Virus record (IMG/VR): IMGVR_UViG_3300037840_000041
Span: 1,549 to 65,548 of that record
Source: a virus
Taxonomy: Duplodnaviria; Caudoviricetes
Strand: one strand, 5' to 3'
DNA: 64,000 nucleotides
Shown one piece after another: positions 9,390 to 18,960 of this stretch. The notes beneath the pieces are model-generated. The model did not search any database, was not told the DNA's origin, and saw only the letters and a program-made list of their open reading frames with translations. Each line of letters opens with the position of its first letter. Position 1 is the stretch's first letter. A program made the translations under genes and the position numbers.

Positions 9390-10969
9390 CCGACCACTCC
9401 CGGCAGGTTAGACGGATGACTGCTGACGATCGCCCCGGAAAGAACCGCCTCGGTGCCAGACCTGCCGAATGCATAGATCGTCCCGTCGCCCTTATCGGGC
9501 GAGCGGTGGATGCGCTTTTTCATATCTTCTTTTTCTTCGGCCGCGATCCCCGATGACTTCAGGCTGTACCGATAGGCGCACAAATCAGCCTTGAGCTCCG
9601 GATCGGGCGGCAACGCGACATCCTCGCCGCTGTTCGGATCAAGAGCCTCGCGCAATCCCCAAATCCACTCCGAGCGCTTGTTGTGGAAGCGCAGCTTCGT
9701 GTTCTTCGCCAACTTGAAGCTCTTGTTGCTGCCGTTCATCGGCCGCACTACGAAGCCCAGCAGCACGCCCATGTCGACCGGTGACGACCCGATGCCGATC
9801 GAATCGATGTGCAGCGGCGCCGACTCACCCGGCTCCATTGCTGAGATCACGTCGCGGATCGTCGCCAGGCCGTCCGGCGTCAGCTTGCCAGGCCTCGTCA
9901 GGATCGGCGCCACCCAATTCGAGTAACGCTTGACGATCGTGCTCTTGTCTTTTCCCCCTCGAGCGGGGTCGACGCCGATCTGCGTCAGCGGTCCGCGCGA
10001 TTGCTTGTCGAGTGGTTTCCAGCGTGCCTGCGCTGCGATGATCCACGCCGAGGGGATCATCTGCCAAGGATGGTCGATCTGCGACAGTCCGAACTTGCCT
10101 TTCAGCATCAGCGAGCGCAGCGGCTCCGGCAACGCCTGCAGCGTCTTCTTATAGCCCGTGGCCATATAGACCGGGTTATCCTCGACAAACGACGGAATGA
10201 ATGTCCGCGACCGCGGCTCGATCAACTCCTGTTCTTCGCCGTCTTTCGGAATCGCCGGCCACCAGAACGGCAATCCGTTCTTTACCTCACGCTCGACGCC
10301 GTCGAGCATCGCGAACCACCGCAGTTCGCCTGGCTTGGCTCTCGCGCGCGGATAGGACTCATCCAACCACGGCCCGAAATATCGATTGACCCAGTCTCCC
10401 TCGGCATCGGTCGGCGGGTTGAACCCGGTGACGACCCGGCAGCGCTGGCCTTCGCGCGACGTTCTGTTCCAGGCTTTCAGCGTCCTGAATTGTAGTTCGC
10501 TAAAATGAGGTAGTTCGTCAAAAGCCTTAAGATCATGCGGCTGACCTTGGTACTTTTTGACATCGTCTTCTGTCTCAACACCGCCAAATTGAATGACCCG
10601 TCCATCGTCCATCCGCCAGCGGTGCTTCGTCGAATTGAACTTGCCGTGCCCGGTGAACAATTCGCGCGCACGGTCTTCGATACCTTCCAACTGTGCTAGT
10701 TCGCGGCGGAAGATGATCGACTTGTGGTGCGCGGTGTGAGCGAGCCCGAGTTCTAAATCGGTTTTCCCGCCGCCAGCCGCTCCACCGAATCCGAGATCGT
10801 CAGCCTCGCTGTTATAGCCCGCTTCTTGCGGGCTCCCCTCGAACGGCTCCCATGGCACGTCTGCTCTCAATAGGGCGTCAAGCTCAGCACGCTCTCGCGG
10901 CGATAGATATTCGACAAGCTCTATGGTCTGTCGGCCACTCCAATCGCCAGATTGCTCAAGCTCACTCAA
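9386..10969 (-). CDS. terL: Terminase large subunit
   Basis: Walker A GGAAGGGKT, Walker B AFDE, nuclease motifs IGVDPARGG.D and RSPDKGD. Confidence 0.95.
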   Translation of the reverse strand: MSELEQSGDWSGRQTIELVEYLSPRERAELDALLRADVPWEPFEGSPQEAGYNSEADDLGFGGAAGGGKTDLELGLAHTAHHKSIIFRRELAQLEGIEDRARELFTGHGKFNSTKHRWRMDDGRVIQFGGVETEDDVKKYQGQPHDLKAFDELPHFSELQFRTLKAWNRTSREGQRCRVVTGFNPPTDAEGDWVNRYFGPWLDESYPRARAKPGELRWFAMLDGVEREVKNGLPFWWPAIPKDGEEQELIEPRSRTFIPSFVEDNPVYMATGYKKTLQALPEPLRSLMLKGKFGLSQIDHPWQMIPSAWIIAAQARWKPLDKQSRGPLTQIGVDPARGGKDKSTIVKRYSNWVAPILTRPGKLTPDGLATIRDVISAMEPGESAPLHIDSIGIGSSPVDMGVLLGFVVRPMNGSNKSFKLAKNTKLRFHNKRSEWIWGLREALDPNSGEDVALPPDPELKADLCAYRYSLKSSGIAAEEKEDMKKRIHRSPDKGDGTIYAFGRSGTEAVLSGAIVSSHPSNLPGVVG

Positions 10970-11520
10970 TTGAGTTTTCTGTTTTCGATTGCTGGCTTCG
11001 GCGGGATGGTAACTGCCTTTTTCTTTTTCGACTCGGCGGTCTTCAGCAGCGCGACGATTCTGGACGTTCGTTCCGCTTGCGTGAGCCCGACAGTATTGAA
11101 CTCGTTTCCATCATCAGGGCGCCGATCCTCTAAATCCAGACTGACACGTTCCTGAAGACCGAGTCTCGTCTTCAGGAAGAAAATCAGCATCGCGACGTTC
11201 GGTAGCACTTCGGCTTTAGCAAGTTGACCGGCCATCGTTAGATGGCTTTTCGGGTAGTATTCGGCCGGTCCGCCGAGCGCCACGCGCGCCGCAGTCTGCC
11301 CAAGCATCGCCTGGAATTTTGCGTCCCCGATCTGAAGCTCGGCCGTGTAGTGCTTGCGTAGCGTCATTTTCGACCCGAGGCCGATCAGCGCTGCAATTGA
11401 TTTTTGCGGGACGCCATACGAGGACAGCGACTCGACGCGCGCGCGGCTTTCAGCCGTCGGGATATGAGGATCGCCACGGCGATCGATGTCGTCGTCCGGC
11501 GTTTCCGTTTCATTAACCAT
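10966..11520 (-). CDS. terS: Terminase small subunit
   Basis: Start refined to ATG 11520; HTH 'GVPQKSIAALIG....TLRKHY..EL..G' and 'AMLIFFLKTR.G..E'; overlaps TerL start. Confidence 0.8.
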   Translation of the reverse strand: MVNETETPDDDIDRRGDPHIPTAESRARVESLSSYGVPQKSIAALIGLGSKMTLRKHYTAELQIGDAKFQAMLGQTAARVALGGPAEYYPKSHLTMAGQLAKAEVLPNVAMLIFFLKTRLGLQERVSLDLEDRRPDDGNEFNTVGLTQAERTSRIVALLKTAESKKKKAVTIPPKPAIENRKLN

Positions 11521-11821
11521 TCTCGGGTACTCCAATGTCGATTTTCTAGACCAAACTAGATGGGAGCAAAAATCGACATGCCGAATCGTTGTCACTGCGG
11601 CGCCCGGGCGCTGATCTGCGGATGCTGCCTGGCGGGCTGTACTTGCCCGGAACATGGAACAAACCGGCAACTAAAGCCTGATTTGATGCCGATTTATCCA
11701 CAAATTGCTTTGGAGCGCTCTTGCGGAAAGCGGCAGGCTGAGCCATTCTATTTTGGCTTTAGTAGCCCGCTTTGCTGCGGACAGCCATCGCCGGTTCGGC
11801 GATTGCCTTGGAGACGATGAC

Positions 11822-12400
11822 TCACAGATTGTGATCGATGCCGCTCTTGGCGAGCGCCTTCTTGACGATGGCGCGCGCTTCGGCTGCGCGCGCTGCAGGC
11901 ACCGTCAGAAATATCGTGGTCTTGCTCTTGGGCGCTTGCGGCTCATTCGAAGTGGCTGGCGCTGTCGTCACAAAATCCGATATCGAGAAGCCGGTCAGAT
12001 CAAGATTGTAGTCGAGCTTCTTCAGCTCGCCCAATTCAAGCGCCAGTAGATCGTCGTCCCACTCTGACAGTTCGCTCGATCTGTTGTCCGAAATTACGAT
12101 GGCGCGCTTCTGCGCATCCGTGAGCCCGCGCAACACAACAACAGGCAACTCCGCAAAGCCCAACTCGCATGCTGCCAGCGTGGCTCCGTGGCCCGCCAGG
12201 ATCGTGTCGAACTCGTCGATCAATAGCGGCTTGGTAAAACCGAACTCGCCGATCATCGCCACGAGCGCGCGAATCTGTTCCTCAGAGTGAACCTTGGGAT
12301 TTTGCGGATACGGCTTTAGGTCTGTGACCTTGCGTCTTTCAGTCTTATCGGCCGGGAACGCCAACCGCGCTGCAGGCGCCGCGACTTGAGATTGTGCCAT
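11822..12400 (-). CDS. ParB/Srx N-terminal domain protein (stand-alone)
   Basis: 'LKPYP.NP+.HS.EQI......EFGFT.PLLIDE...ILAGHG...AA..LG...PV......QKRA..I.DNR..E...WD'. Confidence 0.85.
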   Translation of the reverse strand: MAQSQVAAPAARLAFPADKTERRKVTDLKPYPQNPKVHSEEQIRALVAMIGEFGFTKPLLIDEFDTILAGHGATLAACELGFAELPVVVLRGLTDAQKRAIVISDNRSSELSEWDDDLLALELGELKKLDYNLDLTGFSISDFVTTAPATSNEPQAPKSKTTIFLTVPAARAAEARAIVKKALAKSGIDHNL

Positions 12401-12690
12401 TCGATAGGTTTCCCCATGCGCTCGGTAACGACGCTGTCGATGTACGCCGCGAACTCGGCGTCGATCGCCGGGTCTTCGAAGTTACACTCGCGCCGGCCGA
12501 AGCGACTCCCGTTGAACCGCCTGTCGAAGTCGGACTTGAAGCGCTGCTTGAAGACCTTGATGTCCGGAGAGCGAGGGCAGGCATTCAGCGCGGCGCGCGC
12601 CATCGGTCCCAGGGTATCGAAGACCCGCATCTGCGAGTTGCTTTCCTCGGCAACGCTGGAAAACTCGATCTTGATACCAAGGCCGATCAT
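12316..12690 (-). CDS. Hypothetical protein
   Basis: Coupled to the upstream ORF; 3' end overlaps the ParB gene by 85 nt. Confidence 0.55.
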   Translation of the reverse strand: MIGLGIKIEFSSVAEESNSQMRVFDTLGPMARAALNACPRSPDIKVFKQRFKSDFDRRFNGSRFGRRECNFEDPAIDAEFAAYIDSVVTERMGKPIEWHNLKSRRLQRGWRSRPIRLKDARSQT

Positions 12691-13052
12691 CAGCCGACCG
12701 GCAGTTGATCTTCTCGCAATGAGAATTCCACCTGCAGCGTGTGCTTGAGGAAGTCCTCGATCTGTACATCGCTCGTGAGACGCATCGACTGCACATGGGT
12801 GCCGCCGGCATCGATATCGTCAGCCAAGCGCCGAAGCGCCGCCGTCATTCTAGCGCGGGTTACCTCTGCGCTGCGGCCACCGCCGACATGCTGACCAGCT
12901 ACGCCGAACGAATAGGCCTTGTCTGGACCATAGGCATTTGCCTTGGCGCTGAAATCTTCCGGCACAACGGCTACTGTCGCGCCAAGCCCGAGCATCGAAA
13001 GCGCCGTGCGGCGTGAAAGCGGATCAGTCATCAGGGGCAACTCCTTTTTCAA
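12690..13052 (-). CDS. Hypothetical protein with Tat-like leader (SRRTALSMLGLG)
   Basis: Co-oriented ORF; twin-arginine-like N-terminus. Confidence 0.55.
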   Translation of the reverse strand: MKKELPLMTDPLSRRTALSMLGLGATVAVVPEDFSAKANAYGPDKAYSFGVAGQHVGGGRSAEVTRARMTAALRRLADDIDAGGTHVQSMRLTSDVQIEDFLKHTLQVEFSLREDQLPVG

Positions 13053-13372
13053 TCCTCGGCGTCGATCGCCTCAGCGTCTTGGACTTCGCCGCGCATCAGG
13101 GGCAGCGTTGACGCTGACGCGCTCGGCTTTGTGACGACGTTAGGATGGCCCGGCAAATACCATAGCCTCTGGCATGCGTCAGAGAAAACATAGTTCGCAT
13201 TGTAGCCTCGCGGCTCCTGGTGCCGGCGACGCGATCTATTGCCGTCCCGTGTCCATTCGTGCGGCCAGTCCGTCATGAAGCCCGCGTCGATCAGCACCGC
13301 GATCACCACGGGATATTGTGCGAACGCCTCAACGTCGCTGCGATGGACCGGATAGCTTTTCTTTTTGAACAC
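13049..13372 (-). CDS. Hypothetical protein
   Basis: Probable GTG start at 13372; stop overlaps next gene. Confidence 0.5.
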   Translation of the reverse strand: MFKKKSYPVHRSDVEAFAQYPVVIAVLIDAGFMTDWPHEWTRDGNRSRRRHQEPRGYNANYVFSDACQRLWYLPGHPNVVTKPSASASTLPLMRGEVQDAEAIDAED

Positions 13373-13471
13373 GGCCGTTCCTAATAAAAGGGGTGGCGGC
13401 CCATTCGCGGCGCCGCCTGCCAAGGGCCGAATCAGCCGCGCAATTTAAAGCGGCGTTGCGCGCTGACCAGC

Positions 13472-13756
13472 CTAACCCTTCGGCTTCTTGCCGATCACCA
13501 GAACCTCGTAAGGTGCGTTCTTCGCGATGATGTGCGCCTTCAGCCTGCCGCTGGTCGCGCCGTTGATCGCATCCATCAGCTCGGGCGACGATGTCCCGAT
13601 GCCGATCGTATCGTCGATAAACGGCGCTTCGAGCTTCGTCTCCCAATGCGCGGTCTCGAAAGCGTTGTCGAAGTCAAACTTAATCCCGCACATGGTCTCA
13701 CCCGGGTATTTTCGAGATGATGGCTGGGTCGCTTGTACTTCGCTCGCCAGCGCCAC
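13472..13756 (-). CDS. Hypothetical protein
   Basis: Co-oriented ORF in a compact gene array; start uncertain. Confidence 0.55.
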   Translation of the reverse strand: MALASEVQATQPSSRKYPGETMCGIKFDFDNAFETAHWETKLEAPFIDDTIGIGTSSPELMDAINGATSGRLKAHIIAKNAPYEVLVIGKKPKG

Positions 13757-13764
13757 CCCAATTC

Positions 13765-14310
13765 TCAGCCGACCGGCTCGTTCTGCGGCCGCACGTCGAG
13801 CGATTCATAGACCGTGCCGTCAGCTCGCTTCCAGCTCACGAAGCGCCTGCCCTCCCGGGTGGTTTCGCTGCCGGGGACGATCACATCCGGCTTATCATCG
13901 TGGAACATTTTCTGGTCGAGCATCGTATGGTCGCGCTCCAAAAAGGAGGCCTTCGCGCTCGGATCAAGCGTCGCCGATGCGACCACGACGCCCGGCATCC
14001 TGCGGATCAGATCAGCGATCTGTACCAAGATCGCGCGCTCGGGCGAGGCATCGCCGACCATCGTCCCGGGATCGCCGGGCATGCGCGGCGTGGTGCCGGC
14101 CTCGAGTCGCGTCACGCCCACCGGGCCGATGACCGTCGAGACCATCGCGTCGTGGTGATCTTCGAGATCTTTCATCAGCGCGGCCTTCGACTCCTGGCCG
14201 GTGACCTGGCCGAGGCGATCCCGGATGGACTTCAGGAACAGGTCAACGCGGTCGCCCACGTTGGGCAGCGTCTTCGCGTGCTGTGCGGCGTCGTCAAATT
14301 GAATTGGCAT
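13765..14310 (-). CDS. Hypothetical protein
   Basis: GGAG RBS; phage-like codon usage. Confidence 0.65.
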   Translation of the reverse strand: MPIQFDDAAQHAKTLPNVGDRVDLFLKSIRDRLGQVTGQESKAALMKDLEDHHDAMVSTVIGPVGVTRLEAGTTPRMPGDPGTMVGDASPERAILVQIADLIRRMPGVVVASATLDPSAKASFLERDHTMLDQKMFHDDKPDVIVPGSETTREGRRFVSWKRADGTVYESLDVRPQNEPVG

Positions 14311-14364
14311 TGTGTGGCACTCCGTCTTGGGATGGCCGGAAATTCGACGCGTCAGGCCTTCGCG

Positions 14365-14652
14365 TCAGTGAGCGGCGTCAGTCCCGATAACGGGATGCGC
14401 TGCTGCAGGTTCCTTTTGCGTGTCGGCCTCGGACTCGATACTGGCGAGAGCCGCGGTGGCCGCAGCCTTCATCTTGTCGTCGCCGTCGCGCTTGAGCGCG
14501 GTCAGGTATTCGACGAACTTGCCGCTCGCCTTCAGGAGGTTGCAGGTCGGGCAGAACGGCTTGGACCATTCCCAGTTGCCGTTTCCGGTGTGCTGCTTTT
14601 CCTTGATCATCGGCGACTGATGAATCTGGCAGGTCTCGTCTCCAAGGGACAT
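14365..14652 (-). CDS. Hypothetical zinc-binding protein (C..H...CPTC)
   Basis: ATG 14652 with GGAGG RBS. Confidence 0.6.
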   Translation of the reverse strand: MSLGDETCQIHQSPMIKEKQHTGNGNWEWSKPFCPTCNLLKASGKFVEYLTALKRDGDDKMKAAATAALASIESEADTQKEPAAAHPVIGTDAAH

Positions 14653-14653
14653 A

Positions 14654-14866
14654 TCAGCCTCCAAGTTTGAGATCAGGATTGTCAAGCAGCTTACCGCTGG
14701 CGTCATAGCACCGAGGCCGCACTTCGCCCTCTCGTCTCTTGTCTTTCTCGAGAATCTTTCCGGCACCGCCGCATAGTGTGCACTCAGCCTCGGTGACCTT
14801 CACCGACAGATGCGCGCCGGGCATTATCGGCACAACGCCATGTCCAAGGCAGCGCGGGCACCTCAT
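14654..14866 (-). CDS. Small zinc-finger protein (CxxCxGxG, twice)
   Basis: CPRCLGHG and CTLCGGAG motifs; ATGA overlap. Confidence 0.65.
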   Translation of the reverse strand: MRCPRCLGHGVVPIMPGAHLSVKVTEAECTLCGGAGKILEKDKRREGEVRPRCYDASGKLLDNPDLKLGG

Positions 14867-15291
14867 GCTAGTGCTCCGGTTGCAAGCTGGCGCGGCCGAA
14901 GCCGGTTCTCATCCTTGATCGTCGACAGGACATCGCGCTGCCGATCGCGCAGGCCGCGCTTGTCGGCCCACTCGCTCATTCGGCGAAGTGCCTTGCGGAC
15001 GTTGATCACATCGCGGTCGTTGTCGCGGACGCAATCGACGTTGTGGCGATCAAGCAGATGCTCGCGGAGCGCGCCCAGCAGCAGCGCGTTGACGTCCATC
15101 AGCATCTCGACATCGGCCTCGAGAACAGCCACGCGGCCTTCGAGCCGCTCCGATCGCTTGCCGAGCAACGCGCTATCGGCGAACCCGCCGACCGACTGCA
15201 TCCGCTTGATGGTGTTGTCGACGATGCCGAGCCGCGACTTCAGATCGTTGATCTGCTGGTCGATCGTGGTGGGCTTGCGGTCAGTCGCCAT
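14863..15291 (-). CDS. Hypothetical coiled-coil protein
   Basis: Overlapping start and stop with neighbours. Confidence 0.6.
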   Translation of the reverse strand: MATDRKPTTIDQQINDLKSRLGIVDNTIKRMQSVGGFADSALLGKRSERLEGRVAVLEADVEMLMDVNALLLGALREHLLDRHNVDCVRDNDRDVINVRKALRRMSEWADKRGLRDRQRDVLSTIKDENRLRPRQLATGALA

Positions 15292-15787
15292 ACGGCACCA
15301 CCGCGACGGTAAACACGAGATGCTCGATCTCGGTGACCGACACCGCCATGTAAAGCTTGTTGCCGCAGGCGATGTTGAAAGCTTTGCCGACCGAGAATGC
15401 CGCGCCGATGTCGTCGGCTAGCAGCACGTCACGAGTCTTAAAAAACTGATAGCCGCCAGTGAGCAGCGGCGCTTGCAGCGCGTCAACCGCAAGATCGTGG
15501 TGGATCGGGCGACCAAGAGCTTCGACAATATCGGCGCGAATGTCGTCCGCTGTTTTTTCTTTCGGCCAGTCGATCTGCGGCGCAACCAAGCCATCGACAA
15601 TATCTAGCATGGAGTACGTCGCTAGCGTGCCCGGCGTGACCGGCACAAAGTGCATGGGCCAGCCACCCTCGAAATAGAACGGTTCAACTTTTCCTGGCAG
15701 CGATCCACCGGGCCAGGAGTCCAAGCGCTCCATGGGCTTGCTCAGTATGTCAGCCTGCGAACCAAGCTTTGGATTGAGCGACATCAC
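15281..15787 (-). CDS. Hypothetical protein
   Basis: Overlapping start and stop with neighbours. Confidence 0.55.
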   Translation of the reverse strand: MMSLNPKLGSQADILSKPMERLDSWPGGSLPGKVEPFYFEGGWPMHFVPVTPGTLATYSMLDIVDGLVAPQIDWPKEKTADDIRADIVEALGRPIHHDLAVDALQAPLLTGGYQFFKTRDVLLADDIGAAFSVGKAFNIACGNKLYMAVSVTEIEHLVFTVAVVPYGD

Positions 15788-16284
15788 TGTTCCCCCGGCC
15801 GAATGATCCGCGGCCGTTGCGGCATCGTCAGCTTCTTGCCGCTCGAGATCGCTTCGTCAATCCGAAGCCGCTTGCCGCCCTCGACCACCAGCATCTTGCC
15901 GATGTCGACCGCCATCTGGTTTTCAAAAACATACGTCGATTCGTTCGGCGTGTCAGGATCCAGCACCATCACGGTGCCCGGCAATCCCGCAACATGGCCG
16001 ACGCTGAATTTCGTCGCCGGCGTCGCCGCCACGAGCTCGCTGCCGTTGGCGCGCGAATTCTGCCGCATCTGATTGAGGACGCCCTTGACGCCCAGCGCAA
16101 AGTCGCCGAGCGCCTCCAGCGAGGGGAAGTGAAGCCGAACCTGCTGGCCGGTGATCGTCCCGACGACGATCGCGCACTCGTTGCCCAAAGGATCGGCGCC
16201 ATGCGCCAACGTGTCCCTGATCGAAAGCGTCGGCAGCTTCGCCTCAGCATGCAGATGTTTCGCGCAATCCGCTAGCGTGTTCAC
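15784..16284 (-). CDS. Hypothetical protein
   Basis: GTGA overlaps on both sides. Confidence 0.6.
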   Translation of the reverse strand: MNTLADCAKHLHAEAKLPTLSIRDTLAHGADPLGNECAIVVGTITGQQVRLHFPSLEALGDFALGVKGVLNQMRQNSRANGSELVAATPATKFSVGHVAGLPGTVMVLDPDTPNESTYVFENQMAVDIGKMLVVEGGKRLRIDEAISSGKKLTMPQRPRIIRPGEQ

Positions 16285-16580
16285 CGCATGATCTCCGCCT
16301 GCAGTCTCGTGAGAGCGCCTTCCGCCGTGGCTGCAAATTCAAAATGACATTCCATATTAGAAGGCACATCCATCGGACCATCGCCAAGATGTTCCGATTT
16401 GGCGCACCACGCAATAAAGCCAGCGGATTGGCGGCAACGCCTCACCCTAAAGTACCAGCCACGTAGCCGCTCTCGCTTCTCCTCGTACCAAATTTCCTGC
16501 AACTGGTGCCGTAGACCAGCCCAATCTGTGCTCTCGGACTGCGCTTGCGGATTGTGCTGACCGTTCGCGCCCTCGCTCAT
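16281..16580 (-). CDS. Hypothetical protein
   Basis: Overlaps on both sides. Confidence 0.55.
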   Translation of the reverse strand: MSEGANGQHNPQAQSESTDWAGLRHQLQEIWYEEKRERLRGWYFRVRRCRQSAGFIAWCAKSEHLGDGPMDVPSNMECHFEFAATAEGALTRLQAEIMR

Positions 16581-16774
16581 GCCGCGTTCCTGATCTCGGC
16601 CAAGCGCTGATGCAGCGCGGCTAGCTCAGCCTTGGCTTTGGCCATCTTGCGGTTCAGCGATCCGAGTTCGTCGATTATCATCTGCTCAAGCAACTCCGCG
16701 CCGGTCATCTTGCGCCCTGGCGGCGAGACTGGTCGGCGTTCGGCCCCGGCATACGGAACGAGCTTCGGTCGCAT
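16577..16774 (-). CDS. Small hypothetical protein (LVPYAG motif plus coiled coil)
   Basis: AAGGA RBS; stop overlaps next start. Confidence 0.6.
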   Translation of the reverse strand: MRPKLVPYAGAERRPVSPPGRKMTGAELLEQMIIDELGSLNRKMAKAKAELAALHQRLAEIRNAA

Positions 16775-16876
16775 CTCGCATTTCCTTTACGAGGTCCAGA
16801 ATAAAATCTCGCACAATCGGCCGGCGCTGATAAGCGCCTGATGCCCCCGATGGATTAACTAATGTTGATTAGCAAA

Positions 16877-17041
16877 TCAAATTCTGCCGAGCAACAGCAG
16901 AATGAGCAGGATAACCACAACGAGGCCCAAGCCGCCGCCGACGCCATAGCCGCCACCGTAGAATGGCGACCCACCGATGCCGCTGAAGCCGCCGAGCAGG
17001 GCGATCACGAGAATGATCAAGATGATGGTTCCGATCGACAT
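16877..17041 (-). CDS. DUF3309 family small membrane protein
   Basis: MSIGTIILIILVIALLGG...GYG.GGGLGLVVVILLILLLLGRI; AAAGGA RBS. Confidence 0.85.
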   Translation of the reverse strand: MSIGTIILIILVIALLGGFSGIGGSPFYGGGYGVGGGLGLVVVILLILLLLGRI

Positions 17042-17246
17042 CGGGGTTCCTTTCCGCCCGCGCTCCGCGCGCGCCAACTCCCAGCGCTACCGCTTCTCAC
17101 GCCGATGATCTCGCGGTCGCCATATGCCGACGCAACGATGCCCGGGGATTTGCATCCCGGGCACCGTGCGGATCAGCAGACAGAGGGAGGTCGAAATACC
17201 GGCTAGGGCACTTCGCGGGCGCATTGAGTGTCCGGAACTGTCCGCT

Positions 17247-17367
17247 TGTCAAGAGGGGAGACCGGGTACGAGAACCGGGTACGGAGCCGGGTACGGAGCC
17301 GGGTACGCGGTACATTTTGGAGGTTATGGCATTGAAAATGCAGAATTTATTTTTCGTACCCGGTTGG
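17247..17367 (-). promoter_or_regulatory. GGGTAC array A with adjacent TTGACA -35 box
   Basis: GGGTAC at 17264, 17277, 17289, 17301; GGTAC 17309; CATTGAA 17330; inverted CGTACCCGG 17355; TTGACA on minus strand at 17247-17252. Confidence 0.75.
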
Positions 17368-17392
17368 CGCAAAAATATTTGCATTGTGGCGG

Positions 17393-18043
17393 CTATTTGG
17401 CGCGATGCGCGGGGAACGCCGGTGCTGGCCCGGGCCTACCGCGCTCATGCGCCGGATCGCTTCCGATGCCCGTCAGCGGCCTCGCCCGCAGCTCCCGGCA
17501 GCATTCGCGCATGATCTCCTGGCCGCACAGCAGCCGCGCCAGTACCGCGCGCACCTTGCTGCCTGGCCACACCTCCAACAACTGCGGTTGGATCAGCCCG
17601 AGCCGCCGCGCTATCGCGCGCGCCTCGCCATCCCAAAGCCGCTCGATCAACCGCGAGCAGCACAGTTCGTCGCGATCGGGTTCCTGATCAATCCGCTTAT
17701 TGATGATGGTGCCATCGGGGAACACCACCAGCAGATTGCTATGGTAGATCACCGCCGGATGATCACGCCACTTAGGATGCACGGCCAACCACACCTCGGG
17801 CAGGTAGAAATTATATTCGCGCATCTGAAGATCCAGCCGGCCATCGCCGATGCTGTCGCGCGGCCCCTTGATCTCGATGCCGACAATGTCGCTCGCATAG
17901 ACGAACGCCAGATCGACGCGGCGGTTGCCCAGCGCGAGCTCGTGGATGACCCGGACGTCGGTGCCGCGGCGCTCCGCCATCCAGGCAATCAGCGCCACGC
18001 GCATCGCCTGCTCGGCCTTACCCGTGTTGCGACGGTCAGTCAT
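17393..18043 (-). CDS. PD-(D/E)xK nuclease-fold protein (sce7726/MmcB-like)
   Basis: 'HEL.LG.RRVDLA......I.GIEIKG.RD....RL..Q...Y' motif. Confidence 0.7.
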   Translation of the reverse strand: MTDRRNTGKAEQAMRVALIAWMAERRGTDVRVIHELALGNRRVDLAFVYASDIVGIEIKGPRDSIGDGRLDLQMREYNFYLPEVWLAVHPKWRDHPAVIYHSNLLVVFPDGTIINKRIDQEPDRDELCCSRLIERLWDGEARAIARRLGLIQPQLLEVWPGSKVRAVLARLLCGQEIMRECCRELRARPLTGIGSDPAHERGRPGPAPAFPAHRAK

Positions 18044-18960
18044 GGCTTGAACGTCACCGCGATATGCCGACTCAGCGGCAGCGGGATTTTCGCGATCATG
18101 GCGCTGGCAAATTTTCGGCCCGGAGATCCGCTTCGAAAGCGGCGCATGAGGGATGGATTATCGGGGCCAAACCAAGTGCCACCACACTTCAACCCGTCCG
18201 CAGCAGTTGCCGTGAAACCACGTTGCCACATCGGGTCTCTACCATCTGGATTCCGACCCTTCCCGCTCGTGGTGTTGTGGGCAATCTTGAACCATGATCC
18301 GCCGTTGTTCTTGATCGCCTGCTTGCCTGCAGCACACGTAAAATCCTGACCGCGTTTCGTCCGATCGCTCCAATTCAGGCCGGGAGCTTTCACTCCGGTA
18401 TGCGCCACAGCGGCCGATTGAAAAGATTTGCCGCTGCCGTCAAAACGGAATGAGGGCACCTTCGGCATCGCCGGCATCGCCGGCATCGCCGGAACGTCGC
18501 CCCACAGATAAAAACTCCCAAAGGATGCCCGGGCACGTCCGACAAACTTCTGCGCACCGCGCACGTTCTCAACAATGAGCGGAATATGCCGTCCGGCCGC
18601 TTCGCAGGCTTCGCGCTGGATTCGGAAGCACGCGTCGAACAGCTCATTGCTCGGCGGCGGCAGGGCCTTCGCCTTTTTCCATGGCATCGCGCGGTAGCTG
18701 TACTCTTGGCACGGAGGCGAAGCGACGATCAACGCGGCGTGCCGGAATTGCGAGCCGTGCAGCGTCCGAACATCTTGGAGGATCAACTCGCCAGGATACC
18801 GATGCTCTCCATATTCGTGCCGCTCAATGTCGTAGCCGATCACGCGCCAACCTTCGCCGAGCAAGCCTTCGGCCCAACCGCCGAGTCCGCAAAATAAATC
18901 TACGGCGAGCGGGCGATCATCAACCGCCAACAGAAGATCAATAGCAGTCGGCGTTCTCAC
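18040..18960 (-). CDS. C5-cytosine DNA methyltransferase (atypical variable region)
   Basis: Start refined to GTG 18960; motif I DLFCGLGG, motif IV ASPPCQ, motif VI ENV. Confidence 0.85.
   Translation of the reverse strand: MRTPTAIDLLLAVDDRPLAVDLFCGLGGWAEGLLGEGWRVIGYDIERHEYGEHRYPGELILQDVRTLHGSQFRHAALIVASPPCQEYSYRAMPWKKAKALPPPSNELFDACFRIQREACEAAGRHIPLIVENVRGAQKFVGRARASFGSFYLWGDVPAMPAMPAMPKVPSFRFDGSGKSFQSAAVAHTGVKAPGLNWSDRTKRGQDFTCAAGKQAIKNNGGSWFKIAHNTTSGKGRNPDGRDPMWQRGFTATAADGLKCGGTWFGPDNPSLMRRFRSGSPGRKFASAMIAKIPLPLSRHIAVTFKP

Noticed and set aside
16850-16875. CtrA box (TTAA-N7-TTAA) at GGATTAACTAATGTTGATTAG
   Set aside because: Only one TTAAC half-site; the second half does not match at N7 spacing on either strand
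17260-17315. GGGTAC repeats as a CRISPR array, or as a coding repeat (VPGS/PGTE ORFs in the track)
   Set aside because: Units are 11-13 bp with no unique spacers and no cas genes; the second copy breaks triplet phase, so conservation is at the DNA level
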